Origin: Octopus vulgaris
Taxonomy: Eukaryota
DNA length: 64,000 bases
Assembly (NCBI GenBank): GCA_951406725.2
Contig: OX597839.1
Location: 20,460,001 to 20,524,000, forward strand
Reading direction: 5' to 3'
Shown one piece after another: positions 42,360 to 55,050 of this stretch; the first letter of the stretch is position 1; every line of letters starts with the position of its first letter. A program made the position numbers and the translations under genes. The notes below the pieces were generated by a model. It saw only the letters and a list, made by a program, of their open reading frames with translations, was not told the origin of the DNA and ran no database searches.

Positions 42360-42761
42360 CACCTACGTATAATGTGCACGAATAAGCATAAGACATCTAA
42401 CCACTTATAATACATAGCAATTTTTATATATATTTACTACTACTACTACTACTACTATAATATTATTAATAATAATACCAAAAATAACAATACGGCCACC
42501 ATTAAAGTACATATGATTGCAGAGTGTGAGGTGCACACCACCCTCTTCTCCAATATAATGACGCACACACACGCACACTCGTCCGCACGGCGATCCAATA
42601 AGTTCTTGGATGAAAAGACGGAGAATGTGTTTATGTTCGTGTATGTGTATGTATGTGTGTGTGTGGTTCTAAAGTAGCGTTGGGTAATGTTTTCTTCCTC
42701 CCCGCTTCTTGTCTACCGCTCCGACCATCGATCTTACCATTCACTCATGCAAAGCGTTCAC

Positions 42762-42851
<90 letters not shown>

Positions 42852-43445
42852 GTACACACATATATATGCATATATACATATATTCGTGTATATATATATA
42901 TATATATATACTCTTTTACACGTTTCTGCAATTTGACTGCGGCCATGCTGGAGCACCGCCTTTAGTCGAGAAAAGTACTAGTATAGTACTTATTCTATCG
43001 CACACTTTTGCCGAACCGCTACGCTTCGGGGACATAAACACACACACACATACACACACACATATATATATATATATGCATACACACACACACACCAGTG
43101 TGTGCATATTTGGCCGACACTTCGAAGTCACTGCCGGTACTTATTCTTGTAAAAGTTTACTAAATTTTTTTTTCTTTACAAAAATATTGAGCAATCCTTC
43201 AGTTTAATGTAAAACTGTTTCTAGCATAAATATATATATATGCATACGCCAACACACACACACACTGACCAACGTATACTTCAATACACATCCACACACA
43301 ATCACACAAGCAAATACAAATCGCCGTCTACGCCGCTCTCGCTCTCTCTTCATCTCCGCCCGTCTCTCACTCTCCCTCTCTCTCTCTCTGTTTCTCTCAC
43401 TCTCTCACCCTCTCTTACATCTCCCTTCTTACACGGAACAAGTTC

Positions 43446-43459
43446 GTTACCTTGGCAAC
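43446..43459. promoter_or_regulatory. RFX X-box motif
   Basis: GTTACCTTGGCAAC fits GTNRCC-N2-RGYAAC exactly, in a unique island; motif match only. Confidence 0.35.
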
Positions 43460-43561
43460 AGAACTTATTTACAGATTTTTGTGATTCGTTTTGAAAGGCC
43501 TTTCACAGCCTTTTACACTTAATTTCAGTACCTGGTTATAATGTGTGTGCACGCACCGGCT

Positions 43562-43610
<49 letters not shown>

Positions 43611-43769
43611 CTCTGTATGTATGTGAGAGATTGAGCAAGTGTTTGTATTTTGGTATGCATGAGTGGCATTATATGTTCGGTTATGAATGAGCGAAGGAAA
43701 TAGAAGAAATAAAGAGAATATGAAGGTGTGTATGTATGATGTATGTTTGTATATGTGCGTACGTGTAAG

Positions 43770-43827
<58 letters not shown>

Positions 43828-43907
43828 TATGCATCTAGGTATGTGTACGTATTTGTTACATATGCTTGCATGCATGTATGTATGCTAGAAAACGTGTGTA
43901 TATATGA

Positions 43908-43949
<42 letters not shown>

Positions 43950-44167
43950 CGAGATAGATAGATTGATATGTAGGTAAGTAGGTAGATAGAAGAATGGATG
44001 GCTAGATTAGGTAGGTAGGTAGGTAGGTAGGTAGGTAGGTAGGTAGTTGGATAGATAGCAGGATAGATGGATGGATGGATGGATGGATAGAAGAATGGAT
44101 AGATAGATTGATAGGTAGGCTGGTCGAGATAGATAGATTGATAGATAGAAGAATCGATAGATAGATG

Positions 44168-44198
<31 letters not shown>

Positions 44199-44792
44199 GG
44201 ATGGATGGATGGATGGATGGATGGATAGATGGATAGATAGATAGATAGATAGACAGATAGATAGATAGATAGATAGATAGATAGGTAAGTATGTAGAAGA
44301 ATGGACGGCTAGATTAGGTAGGTACGAAGGTAAGTATGTAGGTAGATAGATAGATAGAAGAATGGATAGATTAGATTGATAGGTAGGTAGGTCGAGATAG
44401 ATAAATTGATACATAGAAGAATCGATAGATAGATGGATAGATAGATAGATAGACAGACAGATAGATGGATGGATGGATGGATTGATGGATAGATAGATAG
44501 ATAGGTAAGTATGTAGAAGAATGGACGGCTAGATTAGGTAGGTACGAAGGTAAGTATGTAGGTAGATAGATAGAAGAATGAATAGACTAGATTGATAGGT
44601 AGGTAGGTCGAGATAGATAGATTGATAGATAGAAGAATGGATAGATAGATAGATAGACAGACAGATAGATAGATAGATAGAAGAATGGATGGATGGATGG
44701 ATGGATGGATAGGTGTGTGGGTGGATGGATGGATGGATGGATAGATAGATAGATAGATAGAAGAATGGATGAGTAGATAGATAGATAGATAG
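43950..44792. repeat. Compound (GATA)/(GGAT)/(GGTA) tract with higher-order repeats
   Basis: Recurrent AGAAGAATGGA and GGTCGAGATAG blocks. Confidence 0.9.
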
Positions 44793-44927
44793 ACTTAGCG
44801 GAGGAAACAGAAATAAGCCGAACGAGAGTGTGTATGCTTATGTACGTGTGCACGTGTATGTTATGTAAATATGTGTGTGTATGCATGCCTGCAAACAGGC
44901 ATATATGTATGTGCGGACGTGTGTATG

Positions 44928-44962
<35 letters not shown>

Positions 44963-45086
44963 ATGTGTGGAAGTGTATGTGTATATAGGCATGCTTGAAT
45001 GCAGTTTTCGTATGTTTATGATTAGCGAATGAAATGTAGGACAAAAAAACAAATTGTGTGTATGTGTTTGCATCTGTCCAGTAGTG

Positions 45087-45119
<33 letters not shown>

Positions 45120-45309
45120 ATACCGTATTACAAAGAAAACCGAATCGTGTGTCTTTTTGTGTCTATATGAGTGAATTTATTGCCCCCCCCCCCCATATAG
45201 AAATGCATTCATACATAGCCACATGTACACACATATACACATATGTATATGTATGTACATGTGTGTATATGTTTATATATTTATGCATAATAAATATGTG
45301 TATGTGTGA

Positions 45310-45360
<51 letters not shown>

Positions 45361-45596
45361 CGCACATAGATAGACAGATATAAATGTATATCAATTTATA
45401 AATATATACGCCCACCTTTCCCATCCTACCGTTCCACCCATTCACACACCCAGTATCGATCGATACAGCTGCAACATCCGATCGATATTTTATTCCCATT
45501 CTTCCAATGACACATACCTAATTAAGAAGGACACCTTAGCAGTCATTTCCCATATATCTATAACAATATACGCATACACATACATAATATATATAA

Positions 45597-45661
<65 letters not shown>

Positions 45662-45911
45662 CTACTATCTTTGTCATGTGTATATCGTTGTTATCACATC
45701 GATAATGAGTCAGTAAAAAATTATTCAGGTCGATGGTGTCTTAGCTGACCGAACTGCTATTCATTTATTGGTGCTGGATTCTCCGTCGGTTTGCTACGAT
45801 GATTATTCATTTTTTTTTTTTCGACCGACTGGCCACCTGCCCAACTTTTAAACCTTTTGCATGTCCGAAGCATTGAAAGCCATTTCATAAGTTTGGCCTA
45901 AATGTCCTCTT

Positions 45912-46133
45912 TGACTCTTTAGCTTGTTTCAGTCGTTTGACTGCGGCCATGCTGGGGCACCGCCTTTAGTCGAAGAAATCGACCCCCCAGGACTTACTCT
46001 TTGTAAGCCTAGTACTTATTCTATCGGTCTATTTTGCCGAACCGCTAAGTTACGGGGACGTAAACAAACCAACATCGGTTGTCAAGCGATGGTGGGGGAA
46101 CAAACATAGACACACAAACAGTCACACACATAC

Positions 46134-46189
<56 letters not shown>

Positions 46190-46583
46190 GACGGGCTTCT
46201 TTCAGTTTCCGCCTACGAAATCCACTCACAAGGTATTGGTCGGCCGGAGGTATAGTAGAAGACACTTGCACAAGGTGCCACGCAGTGGGACTGAACCCGG
46301 AACCATGTGGTTGGTAAGCAAGCTACTTACCACACAGCCACTCCTGCAATTATAATAGGCCCGAGGCTATAGTAGATGACACTTGCCCAAGGCACCATGC
46401 AATGGGACTGAACCCAGAACCATGTGGGTCGGGAAGCAAGCTACTTACCACACAGCCACTCCTGCAATTATAATAGGCCTGAGGCTATAGTAGAAGACAC
46501 TTGCCCAAGGTGCCACGCAGTGGGACTGAACCCGGAACCATGTGGATCGGAAGCAAGCTACTTGCCACACAGCCATTCCTGCA
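45912..46583 (-). mobile_element. SINE-A with its head tandemly triplicated (about 118-bp period)
   Basis: Head plus flank GCAATTATAATA repeated at about 46346 and 46464. Confidence 0.88.
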
Positions 46584-46686
46584 TGTTTTCAGAATTTTAA
46601 TTAGCTCTTGTTTCAGATCCTCTCATTAGTAGAAAGCTTTCTTTTCATACGTCCCAAGTTATACTAATGGTTTGAAAAAAAAATTA

Positions 46687-47092
46687 GGAGTGGCTGTGTG
46701 GTAAGTAGCTTGCTAACCAACCACATGGTTCCGGGTTCAGTCCCACTGCGTGGCATCTTGGGAAAGTGTCTTCTGCTATAACCCCGGGCCGACCAATGCC
46801 TTGTGAGTGGATTTGGTAGACGGAAACTGAAAGAAACCTGTCGTATATATGTATATATGTATATATATGTATGTGTGTGTATGTGTTTGTGTGTCTGTGT
46901 TTGTCTCCCTAGCATTGCTTGACAACCGATGCTGGTGTGTTTACGTCCCCGTCACTTAGCGGTTCGGCCCAAAGAGACCGATAGAATAAGTACTGTGCTT
47001 ACAAAGAATAAGTCCCGGGGTCGATTGCTCGACTAAAGGCGGCGCTCCAGCATGGCCGCAGTCAAATGACTGAAACAAGTAAAGAGTAAGAG
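46687..47092 (+). mobile_element. SINE-A full length
   Basis: Complete copy; interrupts duplicated unit 1. Confidence 0.92.
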
Positions 47093-47425
47093 ATATGATG
47101 CATAGATTCCAGGGAAATCTGTCCTGAAGATCACATGCAATACACAGAACAGACAAAGGATTAAACCATTTCTGAAAGAATAGCTGATCTTATCTAAAAG
47201 CTATTTAACTGTTTGCCTGTCTGAGGCATTTTTATAAGTTTGTTCTAGACGTCCATGTTTGTTTTCAGACTTAGTTTTTGGAGGTTAATTTGGTTCGGTC
47301 GGTAAGCAATATGTGTCAGTACTATAATAGTTGGTGAGTAATATATTTATTGAGACTTTAAATTATTAGCCAAGTGTCCTGTGCATCGTATACGATGCAT
47401 TATATAAGCATGCACTATATAAGCA

Positions 47426-47846
47426 AGGTAGTGGGTAGCGATTTTCTTCACTACTTCAGGGAGTGACGACCCTGCCTGACACGAGTGCCGGGCTCAGCTG
47501 GCTCCGGCTGACAGTACCCGGTATGGGCCCCTATCCAGGGTTACAGAAAGGAGACAACCTTCAAAGAAATCCGGAGTGGAGCTCCGTAGCCGGTTTAGTG
47601 TTCGACTCGACACTCTTCCGGCAGCTCCTGCAACCAAGCTGGTGCCAAACGTAATGCTCTGCACTCCTTTGGACTACGTCAGCAAGGTCGAGAAAGGAAT
47701 CCTGACGATTGGGCTACCCAGGATTTTCTTACATCTAGCCCAGGCCAGCGCAAAACTGGAGAGGACATGGAATGTAAAAACCAGACTGGATTAGCTTATG
47801 CGCAACTCCATTGTTTCCCGAGGCAAAAGGATGCCAACAACAACAG
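47426..47846 (+). mobile_element. Short non-coding retroposon, probably RTE-derived, with (CAA)n tail and 8-bp TSD
   Basis: TATAAGCA at 47418-47425 and 47847-47854; CAACAACAACA tail. The internal GGCAGCTCCTGCAACCAAGCTGGTGCCAAACG resembles RTE 5' UTRs as I recall them (unverified). Confidence 0.6.
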
Positions 47847-48051
47847 TATAAGCATGTAGACATTAGTCCTTGTATCATGCATTCTGGGTAATATGAAGCT
47901 TTCCTTTCATAAGTCCCAAATTATTCTGATGGTTGAAAAAACTGGGAATGTGTATCATATATGGACGTCAGGGAAACATGTCCTCTGCGTCACATGTAAT
48001 ACACAGGACCTGCGAAGGATTAAAGCCATTTCTAAAGAAACAACTAATATT

Positions 48052-48283
48052 TATTTCTTTACTGCCCACAAGGGACCAAACACAGAGGGGGACAAACAAG
48101 GACAGACAAAGGAATTAAGTCGATTACATCGACCCCAGTGCATAACTGGTACTTAATTTATCGACCCCGAAAGGAGGAAAGGCGAATTCGACCTTGGCGG
48201 AATTTGAACTCAGAACGTAACGGCAGACGAAATACTGCTACGCATTTCGCCCGGCGTGCTAACATTTCTGCCAGCTCGCCGCC
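48052..48283 (-). mobile_element. SINE-B monomer, 3' part of a 5S-SINE chimera
   Basis: Full head to tail i on minus. Confidence 0.92.
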
Positions 48284-48289
48284 CTTTAC

Positions 48290-48407
48290 GTTTTTAGCAC
48301 CTAGGTTTCCCAAGCGGTCACCCATCTAAGTACTGACTAGGCTCGACTTTGCTTAACTTCGGTGATCGGACGAGAACCGGTGTTTTCAAAGTGATATGGC
48401 CGTAAAC
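48290..48407 (-). pseudogene. 5S rRNA copy (118 nt), retroposed, fused to SINE-B
   Basis: Minus strand GTTTACGGCCATATCACTTTGAAAACACCGGTTCTCGTCCGATCACCGAAGTTAAGCAAAGTCGAGCCTAGTCAGTACTTAGATGGGTGACCGCTTGGGAAACCTAGGTGCTAAAAAC; box A and box C recognisable; no oligo-T terminator. Confidence 0.92.
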
Positions 48408-48549
48408 AACTAATATTATTCAACGACCGTTTGCTTGTCCAAATAATTGTATAAGTTTGTCTTGTTTGCATAGTTTTAGTTATTGGAGGTTAATTTGGTT
48501 TAATGGTTGTGTAAACATGTGCAGTTACTATGTTAGTTGGTGGGTAATA

Positions 48550-48686
48550 TATTTATCGACCCCAGTGCATAACTGCTACTTAATTTATCGACCCCGAAAG
48601 GATGAAAGGCAAAGTCGACCTCGGCGGAATTTGAAGTCAGAACGCAGCGGCAGACGAAATACTGCTACGCATTTCGCCCGGCGTGA
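48550..48686 (-). mobile_element. SINE-B fragment
   Basis: Core and partial head. Confidence 0.85.
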
Positions 48687-48698
48687 TAGAATATTTTA

Positions 48699-49128
48699 GG
48701 GATCTTTTCGGTTTGACCGGCAGTTTTTTAAAATAATTTCCACGTAACTAAGCACTTTTAAACTTCGTATACTGGTAGAATGTGTTTATAAAACACCTTT
48801 TTCTCTTGGCTTTATTGAGAAAATTCTATAGTTTGTAAGATCGTTGTTGTTTTTTTTCTTCAATTTCTGCAATTTCAACCAATCAATGACGTCTATTGAG
48901 GTGAAAACATTCTGTGCCGTATGAATATGTCCCTCGTTTAAGAAACAGATTGAGTTTATTTACATTTCTGAAGAAAAAAAGATACCCTTCCCCCCACCCC
49001 GAACCCTAACTAATCCTAACCGTAAAACAGATTGAAATGCAATAGATCGATACTAGGGTCATAATTATGGGTGACAATTTCATACGACACCGCTAGAAAA
49101 AAACTGCCGTTCAAACCGAAAAGATCCC
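48699..49128 (-). mobile_element. Second copy of the TIR element, opposite orientation
   Basis: GGGATCTTTTCGGTTTGACCGGCAG ... CTGCCGTTCAAACCGAAAAGATCCC; no TSD visible. Confidence 0.88.
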
Positions 49129-49657
49129 ACAGCCGGTTTCGATATTAAAGAGTTAAACAACCTAAACTTACGGAACAAAATCGAAGACCCAATCGAAACC
49201 TGCAACATAATGGATACAATATTTCGTAGATCAATAAATTCATGTATCACAATACAAATAAGAACATTTCTAAAACGTAGAATTTCCAACGAACTGCTTG
49301 GCAATTATATATCTGTTGCTGCTATTGCTGCTGCTGCTGCTGCTGCTGCTGTTGTTGTTGTTGTTGTTGTTGTTTTTTCTGCTGCTGTTGCTATTATTGT
49401 TGCTATTTTGGTCTTCCATATCATTATCATATCGCATTGTTGCATTAACAATGAGTCAGTTAAAATTATTTACGTCCGGTGTTGTGTTGTCAACTGATCA
49501 AACTGCTTATTATATTGATTTTTTTATTATTTTATTTTATTTATTTTTATTTTTTTTCTTCAATCTTTGATTTCCCCCCCCTCCTCCTCCTCCTCCTCCT
49601 CCATCCCTCTGTGATTCCATCAAAGATATTAATCATAAATCATGGCCGTAATCATCG

Positions 49658-49692
<35 letters not shown>

Positions 49693-50415
49693 GTCATCAA
49701 TCGTCGTCAACCATTACTGTCATCAACATCACCGCTTTCATTATGATAATTATAATAATGATGATGATGATGATGATGATGCTGAGGATGATGATGATGA
49801 CAACCATCATCATTATCATTATCATCATCGCTAGCGTCATCAGCTATACTATCATCACGCCATCATCATAATTAATATTCAATATTGTCATCGCCGCCGT
49901 CGCTGCCTCATCATCAGGTTGATAAGGAATGTCACCACCACCACCATCACCACCACCATCACCATCTTCATTACACTTATTAATGCTCTTAGTGGTGTTA
50001 TTAAGTCCCATGTCAAACCTGATCGATAAAATCTTTGCTTTCCAAATCATATATATATATGTAAAAAAATACAAACTGGGACATGAACGCAAAATATTTA
50101 GGAGACGATACAAAAAACACGGACAGGTCATTCGAATCCTTCAATCTTCAGTCAAGAACCGGATCATCCTCGCAATTTCGGCCGATTATTCTTGAGATTG
50201 CTCCAATCTGGCCAGCCCCAAGGAAAAACTAAGCTAAGCGCATTAGATTCCTTGGAAGAAAACTTCGAATGTCTACAAAACAAGGACGGAAAAATGGATG
50301 ATGTTACTCGAATATATATATATATATATATTTTTTAACCTTCAAGCCTTCTGTAGTTTTTTCACTTTTTACTATTTTCTATATATTCAACCACGTGCTT
50401 TCACAAACCAACTTT

Positions 50416-50480
<65 letters not shown>

Positions 50481-50605
50481 ATGGTGTCATTGGGACCCAA
50501 AGGTGTCAGGTAATGCTGCATGTTCTATAGACAGACCATAGTTAAGTTCCAGATTCGGTAATTTTGCGAATAAAGGGTTCAACGTTGGTTAGATGTCAGC
50601 GTGTG

Positions 50606-50713
50606 TATATAAGAATTTTTTGCGTAATAAGATTAAAAAACAAGGGTGTGTAGATATTAGAGCATAATATCTACACATCCTTGATTTTGTTATCTTATTA
50701 TGCAAAAAATTCT

Positions 50714-50719
<6 letters not shown>
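50606..50719. repeat. Imperfect palindrome, about 54-bp arms, 5-nt loop
   Basis: TATATAAGAATTTTTTGC...TGTGTAGATATTA-GAGCA-TAATATCTACACA...GCAAAAAATTCTTATATA. Confidence 0.88.
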
Positions 50720-50774
<55 letters not shown>

Positions 50775-50862
50775 CCCGTTCGAGGAATCGAAAGCATTAT
50801 CTCACGATCAATGAGTGTAACACCCTGACCACTAAGATATGTGGTCGACATACACATATATA

Positions 50863-51025
50863 AAGTGCAGGAGTGGCTGTGTGGTAAGAAACTTGCCTCC
50901 CAACTACAAGCTTCCGGGTTCACTCTTGCTGTGTGGAAACTTGGTCAAGTGTCTACTACTATAGATTCTGACCGACCAAGGCTTTGTGAGTGAATTTGGT
51001 AGATGGAAACTGAAAGAAGCCTGTC

Positions 51026-51090
<65 letters not shown>

Positions 51091-51160
51091 AACTGTAAAA
51101 ACGGACAAGGAGGAAAGAGACGGAACGAAGTGAGAATTTGAAAAATCGAAAATTCAAACG

Positions 51161-51208
<48 letters not shown>

Positions 51209-51411
51209 TTTAAAATGAGGGTGAGAAATTAGATGTTGATTTAATTAACATCGATGGTCTAGCATATAAAATAACTGAAGGTTCAGTAATATTCTATTAT
51301 ATACATAATAGAGGGAAACCACTATGTGGACACCCTTATGCTAGAAATAGATCCGCTATGGTCTTACCACTAAGAAATGTTCTCAAGAAGCATAGTGGTT
51401 TCCCTCTAATA

Positions 51412-51442
<31 letters not shown>

Positions 51443-51778
51443 TATATATATATATATATAATAAAAATAAGAAATTTGTATTATAAATTAACGGTAAAAT
51501 ATTTCTTCACCTTCACCGTTTAATACAATAAATGACTTAATTGCATTGCAATTAAAAACATTTATTAAGAATTTGGGTACTTTACCAACAGTATATTGGA
51601 TAAATAATATCCCATAGTGGGTTACACCCATAACCCCTATCTTACTTTGTACTATATATATGTGTGTGTGTGTGTGTATTTGTGTCTGTGTTTGTTCCCC
51701 AATTACCGCTTGACAAGCAGTGTTGGTGTGATTCCGTCCCCGTAACTCAGCGATTCGACAAAAGAGACCGGTAGAAAA
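50863..51778 (+). mobile_element. SINE-A split by inserts in its central TA tract
   Basis: 5' half at 50863-51027, 3' part at about 51660-51778. Confidence 0.7.
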
Positions 51779-52371
51779 ACGTTTTTTGGGGCCTAAAACT
51801 TTAAATAGATTTACTGAAGTGATCCCTTTTTGCACCCACAAGTTTTCTTCTACTTTTCTGAAAGTGCTACGGTGGTTTGAAACCGCAGAGTTAAGATTTG
51901 TATTAACAACAGCCACCTGCGTATTTAGCAGTGAAATAATACGTTTTTTTGGGGTGGGTGGGGTTAATGTGTTAGAAAATTTGGACTGATCCTGTTCGAA
52001 AATTTGGACTGGTCCTGTGAAGGGTTATTATCTTTAAATTAGCCATCCAGAGTAGAATGAATTTTTTTCTTTAGTTTTGATTTTGATTTGTGTGTGTTTC
52101 CCGCTCATCCTAACTGTAATCGAACCGCGGCAATGAACTTCCTAAATTGCCATAGGTGTGTTAGAATTGATTTTGTGGAACTCTTTTTTGCTCTTGGACC
52201 CTAATTTACCATGGTTTTTTGAATTGAACTTTTTGGACGTACCCTTTTGTGTGAGGCGAGTAAAAAAAACTTCTTTAAACATTTTATTTCAGTTTATTTA
52301 GATTTTTAATAGCTTGACACGCTTCAGAATTTTTAGTCGATTGTATCTACCTTCTTCAAGGCCGTTCTATA

Positions 52372-52500
52372 TACTCTCTTTTACTCTTTTACTTGTTTCA
52401 GTCATTTGACTGTGGCCATGCTGGAGCACCGCCTTTAGACGAGCAAATCGACCCCAAGCAATGTTGGGGGGACAAACACACAAACACACACACACAAACA

Positions 52501-52554
<54 letters not shown>

Positions 52555-52725
52555 CATATATACGACGGGCTTCTTTCAGTTTCCGTCTACCAAATCCACT
52601 CACAAGGCATTGGTCGGCCCGGGGCTATAGCAGAAGACACTTGCCCAAGATGCCACGCAGTGGGACTGAACCCGGAACCATGTGGTTGGTAAGCAAGCTA
52701 CTTACCACGCAGCCACTTCTGCACC
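52372..52725 (-). mobile_element. SINE-A with internal deletion
   Basis: Tail joined directly to AAGCAATGTTGGGGGGAC. Confidence 0.85.
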
Positions 52726-53089
52726 TATATTTGTATTCGCATATATATTTTACCTTCTGTATTTTTTGTATATGTATATTTTATAAGTGTAAGAACCATG
52801 GTAATTATATATGATCAAATGTCTGGAGGTATGGTGTTATACATGAAGTCGTCGTTGGCTCGAATTTGATGTTTTATGATAAATTTTTCTTGATCTCTGT
52901 CTCAATTTCATTTGAGCACATCTAAAGAGACAAAAATTATTTCTTATCGTGTATAAACGCAAACGCACACACAACGGGCTTCCTTCGCACATCAATTGTT
53001 AGCTGTCGTGACACCACATCCTTGAATACTTCCATACTTCCTTGAAATTCTCAACAGTACACCTGATTCCTCCTCCCCACTCCTGTTTC

Positions 53090-54320
53090 CTGGCAGAATC
53101 GTCAGCACACCGGGCAAAATGCTTTACGGTATTTCGTCTGCGTTACGTTGTGAGTTCAAATTCCGCCGAGGTCGACTTTGCCTTTCATTCTTTCGGGGTC
53201 GATAAATTAAGTACCAGTTCCGCACTGGGGTCGATGTAATCGACTTAATACCTATGTCTGTCCTTGTTTGTCCTCTCTGTGTTTAGCCCCTTGTGGGTAA
53301 TAAAGAAATAAGTATTTCATCCATCTAAATGTTCTGAGTTCAAATTCCGCCGAAGTCGACTTTGCCTTTCATTCTTTTTTTTTTTTTTTTTTTTTTAATA
53401 CTAGTGAAATATTGGGATCGATCTAATCGATTAGTGCCCTCCCCCAAAATGCCAGACCTTCTGCCTTTTGTAGAAAGGCTTATTATTCTTAAGGCAGCGA
53501 GCTGACAGAAAAGTTAGCATGCCGGACGAAATGCTTTGTGATATTTCGTTCTTTATGGTCTTTACGTTCTGAGTTCAAATTCCGTCGAGATCGACTTTGC
53601 TTTTCATCTTTCGAAATCGATAAATTGTACCAGTTGAACGAAACACCCATGTTTCCAGAGGTGAATTATTCAAACCCCAAAGAATCTCTCTCAACACACG
53701 GCTATGATGCTCCCTCACTACTTCTGCTTGTGATCAGAGATGCACATATCGTCAGCCACCAAGGGACATGCTCAACTGGTTAAGGTCAAACAACTGACAA
53801 GCAAATCTGTGGTATTGAGCAGAATATTTGCTGTAGCCCATCTTTTATTCCAAGACAAAACAATGTACATGATAACACTTCCAGTCAGTTAAGATCAGGA
53901 GCCACTGCCCGGTACTGCATCAGGGCATTATTATTATTAGCAAGCTGGCAGAATCGTTAGCAAACCTAGCAAAATACGTTCTGAGTTCAAATCCCGCCAA
54001 GGTCGACTTTGCCTTTCATCCTTTCGGGGTCGATTAAATAAGTACCAGTGACGCACTGGGGTCGATGTAATCGACTTAATCCGCTTGTCTGTCCTTGTTT
54101 GTCCCCTCTATGTTTAGCCCCTTGTGGGTAATAAAATAAACAGATATTTCGTCTGCCGATACGTTCTGAGTTCAAATTCCACGGAAGTCGACTTTGCCTT
54201 TCATCCTTTCGGGGGTCGATTAAATAAGTACCATTTACGCATTGGGGTCGATGTAATCGCCCAGCCCCCTTCCCCAAAATCTTCAAGGCCTTGTGCATAT
54301 GCTTAGAGTAGAAATAATTA
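53090..54320 (+). mobile_element. SINE-B cluster: dimers at 53090-53485 and 53940-54320, older copy at 53492-53635
   Basis: Each dimer has tail i then tail ii, joined at the (G)TATTTC site. Confidence 0.82.
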
Positions 54321-54633
54321 TTACTATTAGCAATCCCCTTTTACTACCGACGAACTTTTTCAAATGATTTAACCATATTTTTTAACTAAAAACCAGTTTG
54401 TATTAAAGTTTCTGATGACCACCAGCTGCTGGTGCTCCTACCGCTGCTACATTCTTTAAACAAACTCCTGCTGAGAACTATAAAACATAAACCGATAAAC
54501 CTAGCCAGGCTTTTTGCCTGGTTAACCGCTTTTCCATCTGTTTGTCTGTCTGTCTCGCTTTTACTTTCTCTCTCATTCTCTCACTCTCTTGGTATACACA
54601 TACATAGATTACGCGTGTGTATATATATATGTA

Positions 54634-54669
<36 letters not shown>

Positions 54670-54888
54670 ACATATATATATATGCACGCACAAAAGTGTG
54701 TGTGTTATCTATATGTATATATTATATGTATGTGTGTAATTTTGTATTTTCATGCACATGTGTGTATATTATATATAATGTACACACACACACACACATA
54801 TATATGATGTATACACACTTATGTGTATATATGTGTAATTATATATATATATATATGATATAGATAGATAGATATGTATATGTGTATT

Positions 54889-54921
<33 letters not shown>

Positions 54922-55007
54922 GTGTGTGTGTATTTATATATATGTGTATGTGTATATACACACATACATGTATATGCACGTATATATATACACACATGTA
55001 TACGTGT

Positions 55008-55050
<43 letters not shown>

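Noticed and set aside
48290-48407. Functional 5S rRNA gene
   Set aside because: Solitary, mismatches in helix I, no oligo-T terminator, enclosed with a SINE inside a TSD.
51780-52365. Possible coding remnant in a long non-repetitive stretch
   Set aside because: Stops in the frame I translated and no recognisable motif in the listed ORFs.
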